A program made the translations under genes and the position numbers. DNA of 5,346 nt, from the IMG/VR virus record IMGVR_UViG_3300039381_000074, positions 1-5,346 of that record; one strand, given 5' to 3'. Below, piece by piece: positions 1-5,182 of this stretch. Below the pieces are notes generated by a model that made no database searches, had not been told where the DNA came from, and saw only the letters and a list, made by a program, of their open reading frames with translations. The stretch comes from a virus. Every line of letters starts with the position of its first letter. Within the stretch, counting starts at the first letter, position 1.

Positions 1-15
1 ACGGGGGACGGGGGA
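1..15. repeat. Two ACGGGGG heptamer units; duplicate of the window end (circular-assembly overlap)
   Basis: Positions 1-15 (acgggggacggggga) are identical to 5332-5346. They belong to the same tandem heptamer array as 5311-5345. Confidence 0.85.
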
Positions 16-16
16 A

Positions 17-100
17 TGACACAACTAAAAAGAAAAGTCAAGGTCAAGCCGCGCGGGGCGCGGTGCTGCGCAACCTTGACTTCCCTTTTTAGCCGTGTCA
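17..100 (-). other. Long imperfect hairpin in the intergenic region; candidate packaging signal or complementary-strand origin
   Basis: Arms 17-44 and 73-100 pair position by position (i+j=117): 24 Watson-Crick pairs plus 4 A:C oppositions (23:94, 24:93, 33:84, 34:83). On the minus strand these four are T:G wobbles. The GC-rich apex 45-72 contains a 6-bp sub-stem, 49-54/58-63. Confidence 0.7.
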
Positions 101-112
101 AAAGGTAAACAA

Positions 113-150
113 GCGAAGCGAGCGAGCGGCAACGCCGCTCGGCGCTCCGC
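113..150 (-). other. Second intergenic hairpin
   Basis: Inner stem 123-130/134-141 is 8 bp with loop aac. Outer stem 113-120/143-150 has 7 Watson-Crick pairs plus one A:C (116:147), which is T:G on the minus strand. A small internal loop sits at 121-122/142. Confidence 0.65.
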
Positions 151-179
151 AAATTTTGAGTACGGGAGGACAACCGAAA

Positions 180-410
180 ATGACACATGAAACAATTACA
201 CACAAGGATGTAAACCGCTTCGCATGGTACACCAGCCGGAAAGAAGCCTTGAACATGGCAGCGATACTAAGGAGCAAAGGAATACAAGTCTATATTGGAG
301 GTAAAAGAGCGAGAAACAGTTCCAACTATCTTGACATAAAAATTGCGGCAATCTACCATAACGCATGGGTTGGTAGTGAAATGCCTTGGGTCATCGCATG
401 GCATGACTAA
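180..410 (+). CDS. Hypothetical 76-aa protein, the only gene on the opposite strand; candidate regulator, function unknown
   Basis: ATG at 180 follows GGGAGGA (164-170) by 9 nt, so the TTG at 156 used in the ORF track is probably too far upstream. TAA stop at 408-410 is followed by a hairpin terminator. I recognise no family motif. Confidence 0.55.
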   Translation: MTHETITHKDVNRFAWYTSRKEALNMAAILRSKGIQVYIGGKRARNSSNYLDIKIAAIYHNAWVGSEMPWVIAWHD

Positions 411-419
411 AGAAGAAAT

Positions 420-470
420 AAAAAAAACAACCCCCCTGACCCTAAAGGGCACGGGGGGAAGTTTTTTTTA
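420..470. terminator. Bidirectional rho-independent terminator between the convergent 76-aa ORF and the zot-like gene
   Basis: The cccccc(431-436)/gggggg(453-458) stem is extended by tg/ca and ccc/ggg around loop taaa. An A-run (420-427) lies upstream and a T8 run (462-469) downstream, so a U-tract follows the stem on either strand. Confidence 0.75.
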
Positions 471-1091
471 TTTCGAGGAGGTCTTGCTAATAATCTGCTC
501 TGTATCATATTCTAAGGCACTTACCTGCTTCACGGACTTAGGGATGGTATACCACCGTGCCCGTCCCGCCTTGCGAACCGTGTTGACCAGCTCTTGGCCT
601 CCCTCGGGGCGATGTTCCATAGCAATGCAAGAGCGATAAGGAGTAAGACGGCAGAACCAACCAAGACGGTTGCAGAGGTAAATGCGGTCGCAGAGATCAC
701 GAATCTTTTTGTCAAAGTCCATAGTCTGAGACGATACAATAATAGTCAAGTGATATTTGCGCTGCATCTTGAAAAATTCGACTGCTTCGCGGGGCATAGA
801 TTTAAAATCACGATTAGAGTGCAGGACGCCAACCTCATCAATAAGAATGAGGGAATCAGGAAGAAAAGACTGTTTCCAATATTCCGACTCTAACTCATAA
901 CCGATACCCATATTAGAATAGATAAGCCCCTTATTAGAACGAAGCCACCTATCAGCAACACGAGACATATACAGAGACTTGCCAGAGCCCTTTGAACCAA
1001 CAACAGCTTCAAGTTTATAGGGGTTTTTGCAATAATTATCGATATATACAAAAAGCCAGCAAATACAAAAGATGAGAATACCATAAAGCAT
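468..1091 (-). CDS. Zot / pI-like P-loop assembly (morphogenesis) ATPase, 207 aa, with N-terminal transmembrane segment
   Basis: Walker A is VVGSKGSGKS and Walker B is LILIDEV. The downstream block FFKMQRKYHLTIIVSSQ resembles the Zot-family HRH..D..TQ region. The start is placed at ATG 1091 (M7 of the track ORF) because GAAAGGATT (1107..1099) lies 7 nt upstream. The ATG at 1109 is part of that SD. Confidence 0.8.
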   Translation of the reverse strand: MLYGILIFCICWLFVYIDNYCKNPYKLEAVVGSKGSGKSLYMSRVADRWLRSNKGLIYSNMGIGYELESEYWKQSFLPDSLILIDEVGVLHSNRDFKSMPREAVEFFKMQRKYHLTIIVSSQTMDFDKKIRDLCDRIYLCNRLGWFCRLTPYRSCIAMEHRPEGGQELVNTVRKAGRARWYTIPKSVKQVSALEYDTEQIISKTSSK

Positions 1092-1107
1092 AACATATAA
1101 TCCTTTC

Positions 1108-1159
1108 ATAAAACGAGAAAACGTCGCCGACCATTAAAAATGGTCGGCGGCGTTTTCTC
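1108..1159 (-). terminator. Intrinsic terminator/attenuator between the coat-like gene and zot
   Basis: A 19-bp stem 1115-1133/1141-1159 has one T:G on plus (A:C on minus), a GC-rich core and a 7-nt loop. On the minus strand the core stem is followed by UUUUCUCGUUUUAU. Confidence 0.65.
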
Positions 1160-1166
1160 TCAGTCG

Positions 1167-1358
1167 TTAGGAGCGGCCAGGAATCCAGCGGCGAAGGATA
1201 CGGAGAACGATGCCCGCGATAGTGAGAATCACGAAGACTAAAAGAATGGGCTGAGACTCATAGAAGTCAATAAGCTGACCCATCCAAGTAATCATCGAGG
1301 TGAAGAACTCACCGACCAAGGAAAGCAGAGTAGCGAGAATAGAAGTAGTAGCGCCCTG
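1167..1358 (-). CDS. Candidate major coat protein (63-codon open frame); start codon unresolved
   Basis: The frame reads QGATTSILATLLSLVGEFFTSMITWMGQLIDFYESQPILLVFVILTIAGIVLRILRRWIPGRS*. It has an acidic patch, a hydrophobic helix and a basic C-terminus, as in inovirus coat proteins. SD GAAAGGATG (1374..1366) precedes it, and a terminator follows immediately. No ATG/GTG/TTG lies at SD spacing, and two in-frame TGA codons (1367..1362) close the frame upstream. Internal ATGs are at 1295 and 1283. Confidence 0.55.
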   Translation of the reverse strand, partial: QGATTSILATLLSLVGEFFTSMITWMGQLIDFYESQPILLVFVILTIAGIVLRILRRWIPGRS

Positions 1359-1396
1359 AAGTCATCATCCTTTCATAATAATATTTATGGCACCTG

Positions 1397-1510
1397 TCAC
1401 GGACGAAACAGGAGAACCAACAAAGAGAAAACAGCAGCGAAGACAATGAAAAAGCCAATTTCGGGGACAGAAAAGATGCCGAAACAATACTGCAAAGGTA
1501 AAATTTCCAT
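1397..1510 (-). CDS. 37-aa hydrophobic mini-protein (pVII/pIX-like minor virion or assembly protein)
   Basis: Hand translation gives MEILPLQYCFGIFSVPEIGFFIVFAAVFSLLVLLFRP*. Its ATG (1510..1508) overlaps the TGA of the upstream 202-aa ORF as TGATG. It falls below the length cut-off of the ORF track. Confidence 0.55.
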   Translation of the reverse strand: MEILPLQYCFGIFSVPEIGFFIVFAAVFSLLVLLFRP

Positions 1511-2118
1511 CAGATCATGCGCCCCCAAATCGCGTTCTTAATCCATGTAACAGTAGTAATGAAGACAAGGACAACAAGCAAAGCAGAAACGCAAGCCTGC
1601 GGATTGAGAACCTGAGAAGTAGTAGTGGAATCTTCCTCATAAGGGAGTTGAATAAGTTGAGTCGCACTATTATAGGAATACCTTTCGGACGTATAGCCGG
1701 ACTTGTGCACCGTCTCAGTGCGTTCGATAAAAAACGTATCTCCGAACCAATCCATAATAGCAGTGAAACTATTAGAGACGTTAGGGAGATTAGCATACAA
1801 AGCCGGAGTATCTGCGGCGCGGTCATCATAAGCGGTTAAACTCCCTTCAAACGGCAAATCATCTTCCAGAGGTACATAGCCTTCGCGGAGGTCAGGACTT
1901 TCAATAATGTTCTGCGCAGGCTCAGAGGGAGCAGAAGATTCTTCCGGCTGAGAATCAGAAGCATTCGCATCCAAATCGGCGACAGCCTGAGCAGATGCCT
2001 TGAGATAGTCATACTGCTGCACGGTCATATCACAAGTACGACCGTCATCATACTGTACGGTATAGACAGTCACGCCGTCAGCGTCAATCCAAGTTTTAAT
2101 GATAGTAGGGACTTCCAT
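1510..2118 (-). CDS. 202-aa acidic protein with a single C-terminal transmembrane anchor; putative minor structural protein
   Basis: SD GAGGGTGA lies 6 nt before the ATG at 2118. The central region is acidic and Ser/Pro-rich. The C-terminal hydrophobic segment is ACVSALLVVLVFITTVTWI. No N-terminal signal peptide is visible. Confidence 0.7.
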   Translation of the reverse strand: MEVPTIIKTWIDADGVTVYTVQYDDGRTCDMTVQQYDYLKASAQAVADLDANASDSQPEESSAPSEPAQNIIESPDLREGYVPLEDDLPFEGSLTAYDDRAADTPALYANLPNVSNSFTAIMDWFGDTFFIERTETVHKSGYTSERYSYNSATQLIQLPYEEDSTTTSQVLNPQACVSALLVVLVFITTVTWIKNAIWGRMI

Positions 2119-2120
2119 TA

Positions 2121-2285
2121 CTAATCACCCTCATTCCAAAGACTGTGAAGAACGAAACCAACAAGAGATAGCAAAAAAAGCATAAGAACTAAGCCACCAT
2201 AAGTGCCGAAGTGAAAAAAAGGCATATTCAGTACTTTATAGACAAACGAAGTAACTACACCGAGAGTAGCGACAAAATCTACCAT
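2121..2285 (-). CDS. 54-aa protein with two hydrophobic segments (pVI-like or minor coat candidate)
   Basis: Hand translation gives MVDFVATLGVVTSFVYKVLNMPFFHFGTYGGLVLMLFLLSLVGFVLHSLWNEGD*. AAGGA lies 9 nt upstream. The ATG overlaps the last codons of the 43-aa ORF (CCATGGTAG). Confidence 0.55.
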   Translation of the reverse strand: MVDFVATLGVVTSFVYKVLNMPFFHFGTYGGLVLMLFLLSLVGFVLHSLWNEGD

Positions 2286-2410
2286 GGCAACCAATCCTTA
2301 ACAAATTTATAGATACCGAGCGAAACGAGAAAAACGACAACGGCAACAACGAGAGCACCACCAGAACCGAGCAGGCCGAAAACCTGTTTGAAAAAGTCGA
2401 TAAAACTCAT
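2279..2410 (-). CDS. 43-aa coat-like mini-protein (alternative major coat candidate)
   Basis: Hand translation gives MSFIDFFKQVFGLLGSGGALVVAVVVFLVSLGIYKFVKDWLPW*. SD GAAAGGCGG (2426..2418) lies 7 nt upstream. An ATGA overlap joins it to the stop of the pIII-like gene. Confidence 0.6.
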   Translation of the reverse strand: MSFIDFFKQVFGLLGSGGALVVAVVVFLVSLGIYKFVKDWLPW

Positions 2411-3603
2411 CCGTCAACCGCCTTTCGAATAAACAAACGAAGAACAACGGCACCGAAGCAAAGGAGAGAAACAGAGAAAAGGAAAGTACCTAAATTCTGA
2501 AAAATACCATTCAGAAGACCTATAGCGCCAGAGCCGATATCAGAATCAACGGAAGGAGTAGAATTCCATGAATTCAAGTTATCCTTTGAGTTTGTGAGCG
2601 TATCAGAGTTAATATCAAATTGATTAGTAAGCTCATCTTGCAAATCCTTAACAGACGCCTTAGAAATCCAATCACCGACCTTAACATCAGCAGGAAGCAA
2701 AGCATCAGGAACCCAAAGAGTAGCAGCAAAAGTAAGAGTTACATCAAATTCTGAATTATAAACATGCATACCATCTCCAGAAGGACGCTTGCAAAAAACG
2801 ATACCAAGATCAGAAGAAGGAATATTAACATTAGGAGGAAAAGAAGACATACTTGTATTAGAAAGATGGGAAGAAGTCAAATCAATATATTTATCATTAG
2901 AAGGAGTAGCCCAAAAGTCGTTAGACCCACCAGAAATAGCGAAAGAAGAATGAGAGGAAGAAGTATCTGTTTTAGAACCGAAAAAGAAGATATTGGAAGG
3001 AATATAGACAGGGTAAGTATCAAAAGTTTCATGCTCGTACTGATCAGCGATAGAAGAACCAACGGAAGAAGGCCAAGAAGTCAAAAAAGCAAAAACGGAA
3101 CAATCAGCAAAAACATCAGGAACGGTACTCAAATAATCACCGTTCCACACAATAGGATAAAGGCGAACCGCACCAGAATAACGGCTTGGAGAACCAACAG
3201 GAAAAGAAGGAAGATCACGCCAAAAGCCGGCACTAGTAAAAGAAGCGGGAATATATGGGAAGGCATAAATAAAAGTCTTAGTAGAGCCAGAAGAAGTATA
3301 AGAATAAGTACCCGAGTTAGTAGAATAAGAACCAGTAAAAGAACTGGAAGTATCAGTAGAATAATACTCATACATAGGATTAGAAATCAATTCATATCCT
3401 GTATATTGAAAGCCACGAGCAGTTAAAGTTTTACGCTGCCAAACATACCAAGAATTAGGATGTTCACGAAAAGAAGAAGCACCAACAGAAGTAGGCCAAT
3501 CATGACCAACAGCAAATGCAGGAACAGAAAGCGAAAACGAAATGACAAGAGCCGCGACAAGGGCGGCGAAGCGCTTCAATAAGCACCGCTGCTTCATCTT
3601 CAC
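2407..3603 (-). CDS. pIII-like adsorption / minor coat protein, 398 aa, with Sec signal peptide and C-terminal membrane anchor
   Basis: GTG at 3603 lies 7 nt after GAAAGGTGG (3619..3611), and an ATG follows 2 codons later at 3597. The signal peptide KMKQRCLLKRFAALVAALVISFSLSVPAFA has an AFA cleavage motif. The body is long and Ser/Thr/Tyr-rich. The C-terminal hydrophobic segment is followed by RLFIRK. The track ORF extension to 3864 runs through the tRNA and is not coding. Confidence 0.75.
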   Translation of the reverse strand: MKMKQRCLLKRFAALVAALVISFSLSVPAFAVGHDWPTSVGASSFREHPNSWYVWQRKTLTARGFQYTGYELISNPMYEYYSTDTSSSFTGSYSTNSGTYSYTSSGSTKTFIYAFPYIPASFTSAGFWRDLPSFPVGSPSRYSGAVRLYPIVWNGDYLSTVPDVFADCSVFAFLTSWPSSVGSSIADQYEHETFDTYPVYIPSNIFFFGSKTDTSSSHSSFAISGGSNDFWATPSNDKYIDLTSSHLSNTSMSSFPPNVNIPSSDLGIVFCKRPSGDGMHVYNSEFDVTLTFAATLWVPDALLPADVKVGDWISKASVKDLQDELTNQFDINSDTLTNSKDNLNSWNSTPSVDSDIGSGAIGLLNGIFQNLGTFLFSVSLLCFGAVVLRLFIRKAVDG

Positions 3604-3651
3604 TTCGCCACCACCTTTCGCGACATCGAATAACGGAGGGCAAGTCCGTAT

Positions 3652-3725
3652 TGGTTGCGGGGTCTGGACTCGAACCAGCAGCTTCACATTCAGAGAGTGA
3701 CGTGCTACCATTGCACCACCCCGCC
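3652..3725 (-). tRNA. tRNA with anticodon CUG (Gln by anticodon), CCA encoded, several non-canonical pairs
   Basis: The reverse complement folds by hand as GGCGGGG-TG-GTGC-AATGGTA-GCAC-G-TCACT-CTCTGAA-TGTGA-AGCT-GCTGG-TTCGAGT-CCAGA-CCCCGCA-A-CCA. U8, G10, the GG of the D-loop, U33 and the TTCGAGT T-loop are all in place. The deviations are G1:A72, U31:U39, G49:A65 and a 4-nt variable loop. Confidence 0.75.
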
Positions 3726-3729
3726 ATGT

Positions 3730-3749
3730 GAGAGCGGCAAACCGCTCTC
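3730..3749 (-). other. Perfect 8-bp hairpin immediately 5' of the tRNA on the minus strand
   Basis: gagagcgg / ccgctctc with a 4-nt loop. On the minus strand it ends 4 nt before tRNA position 1. No U-tract follows, so it is not a classical terminator. Confidence 0.5.
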
Positions 3750-3784
3750 CCATAGGAAATGAAATTGAGTTTGAACAAAGGAAG

Positions 3785-4027
3785 TTAAACTTCCTCAATT
3801 CCGAGAAGATACCCGTTGCGGTCAAAGTCGAGGTCATACGTAGCACCAACAACAATGAGCGCATACGGCATCATACGAGCATCGACATTGATTCTATCAA
3901 CCTGCACGCCGTCATTGTCATCGTTTGCACGCATCGAATATTCGGCCATAAGAGTAGTAAAATCATAGTCTTTGCCCTGCTTAGAAGTGCCAGCGCGGCG
4001 GGACTTACCAACTACGGTAACTTTCAT
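3785..4027 (-). CDS. Gene-V-like ssDNA-binding protein, 80 aa
   Basis: SD GAAAGGATG (4044..4036) lies 8 nt upstream. Its size and its position right after rep match gene V. The N-terminal MKVTVVGKSRRAGTSKQGKDYDF resembles, from memory, the Ff gVp segment MIKVEIK...TRSGVSRQGKPYSL. Confidence 0.65.
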   Translation of the reverse strand: MKVTVVGKSRRAGTSKQGKDYDFTTLMAEYSMRANDDNDGVQVDRINVDARMMPYALIVVGATYDLDFDRNGYLLGIEEV

Positions 4028-4045
4028 AAAGCGACCATCCTTTCA

Positions 4046-5182
4046 TCAGAATAAAGATATATCATCAAACCCATCTTCACTAAAGGGAGAGGGGTTATCA
4101 ACGACTTCATGGAATTCTTCAACGGCAATGCGAGAAGATTCAGAGAATTGCGCAACTTCCTGTGTAAGTGCCAGAGGGGAGAACGGAAGACGTTCATCAT
4201 AAAACTGCTCCCACTTACAACAAGCGAGGAAAAGCAGTTCAGGACGATAAAGCAAAATATCAATAATCCGATGACCGAAGACGTTAGCAACATAAGACAT
4301 TTTTTGTTCCTCGGTATGGATAGAAACAGAGAACTTTCGAGCAAGGTCATCACTAAGGGGATGCGATAAGTCCTTAGAAAAGGAGATGCTACGGGCTTCA
4401 AGGTCTGTTACAAATTCCATATCTTCCCAGCCATCGGGAAGAAGCGTTTCATTTCCGTAACGATTCCAACATTTACGAAGGTAGCCGAAGAGCTTATCAG
4501 GGTCTTCATAATAGAACCAGAAAAGCGGAGAAGGGTCATAAACAGTGCGACCGGAAGAATTCACACGAGAAGTATATTTCAACTCCATCTCGTAACGAAT
4601 AATATAGGAATCATCGGGGCAATCAAGAAACTCACCAGAAGCCGCACAAAACTTTTTTTCAGGGTCTTGCAGGGACTTATTATAGATACGGCAGAAGACC
4701 GCAGAAGACGTTCTACGACCAATATAAACGGTAGTGGAATCGCCATAGCCCTGATACATGAACTTGCGAACCTTACGGGCTTTTTCAGGGTAATTCATTT
4801 CATCGACAGAAGCAGAAATAACACCTAAATAGAACTCGCGCCAACGTTGCTTAGACATAACAACATCGAAGCAAAAGTCGAGACGGGAAAAGTGACCAAA
4901 TTCGTGTCCATCCTGCATCAGTGACGCGAGCCGCGGCAATGTGGGACGGAAAAGCTCACAACCATGACCGGACACTTGCAAAGAATGCGGAGACTGTTTC
5001 GCGCCGTTGTTCGGCTTAAAGAAAAGGCCAGCAGGTGAATTATATGGGGAATTCTCACTTGCGTTGGAAGTCTGCGCAAAATGCAAATCACACTGAGCAA
5101 GCGCATCTTCGATTTTGGGAATAGAGATCGAACCCTGCTCAAAAGCAAACGTTGCGTAGTCAAGTTTAACAACCGTTTTCAT
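4046..5182 (-). CDS. Rolling-circle replication initiator, Rep_trans (pT181 RepC / RstA-like) family, 378 aa
   Basis: Motifs seen by eye are KLDYATFAF near the N-terminus, LQVSGHGCELF, FSRLDFCFDV and VYIGRRTSSAVFCRIYNK (the Tyr-containing block). The start is placed at ATG 5182, 9 nt after GAAAGGTGG (5200..5192). The track start at 5224 lies inside the promoter region. Confidence 0.8.
   Translation of the reverse strand: MKTVVKLDYATFAFEQGSISIPKIEDALAQCDLHFAQTSNASENSPYNSPAGLFFKPNNGAKQSPHSLQVSGHGCELFRPTLPRLASLMQDGHEFGHFSRLDFCFDVVMSKQRWREFYLGVISASVDEMNYPEKARKVRKFMYQGYGDSTTVYIGRRTSSAVFCRIYNKSLQDPEKKFCAASGEFLDCPDDSYIIRYEMELKYTSRVNSSGRTVYDPSPLFWFYYEDPDKLFGYLRKCWNRYGNETLLPDGWEDMEFVTDLEARSISFSKDLSHPLSDDLARKFSVSIHTEEQKMSYVANVFGHRIIDILLYRPELLFLACCKWEQFYDERLPFSPLALTQEVAQFSESSRIAVEEFHEVVDNPSPFSEDGFDDISLF

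Noticed and set aside
96-101. Minus-strand TTGACA inside the long hairpin
   Set aside because: No -10-like hexamer lies 16-18 nt downstream. The hexamer is part of the hairpin arm.
331-359. Plus-strand TTGACA, 17-nt spacer, TACCAT inside the 76-aa ORF, which could drive a ~100-nt RNA ending at the 431-458 terminator
   Set aside because: A perfect -35 box with a 4/6 -10 is expected by chance at about this frequency in 5 kb. Nothing else supports a small RNA. It is worth checking only if RNA-seq data exist.
343-1096. Track ORFs 267..452(-), 343..639(+), 530..739(-), 594..893(+) and 890..1096(-)
   Set aside because: All overlap the motif-supported zot-like gene, the 76-aa ORF or the terminator. 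None has an SD or a recognisable motif.
1362-1376. TGA recoding (ATG AAA GGA TGA TGA ... read as sense) to give the coat-like frame an ATG start at 1376
   Set aside because: TGA is used as a sensible terminator at three other gene ends: rep at 4046, pIII-like at 2407 and the 202-aa ORF at 1510, each followed by a coupled start. ATGAAAGG is the recurrent SD module rather than a start, and the nearest SD-like sequence for ATG 1376 is about 14 nt away.
2877-3371. Leu-rich minus-strand ORFs 2877..3062 and 3129..3371, and similarly 1515..1829
   Set aside because: They are alternative frames of the pIII-like and 202-aa genes. Their L/F/I-rich output comes from the T/C-rich coding strand, and they have no independent SD.
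2764-3426. 220-aa Arg/Lys-rich plus-strand ORF
   Set aside because: It is a shadow frame opposite the Ser/Thr-rich pIII-like gene. The purine-rich plus strand (aga/aag/gaa runs) yields stop-poor, low-complexity R/K/I frames. It has no SD and its composition is implausible.
3652-3725. Calling the tRNA a bona fide initiator tRNA
   Set aside because: Only the unpaired 1:72 position is initiator-like. The three consecutive G:C pairs of the anticodon stem and the A11:U24 pair are absent, so it is annotated as an elongator-type tRNA(CUG) and the initiation idea is kept as a hypothesis only.
3604-3864. N-terminal 87 codons of the 485-aa track ORF (2407..3864)
   Set aside because: This extension reads straight through the tRNA (3652-3725) and the hairpin at 3730-3749 and has no SD. 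The signal peptide and a canonical SD with 7-nt spacing begin at GTG 3603, so the extension is a chance open frame.
3728-5172. Track ORFs 3728..4054(+), 3972..4202(+), 4024..4401(-), 4109..4369(+) and 4918..5172(-)
   Set aside because: They are embedded in or antisense to the rep and gV-like genes, which have clear motifs and SDs. They show no translation signals.
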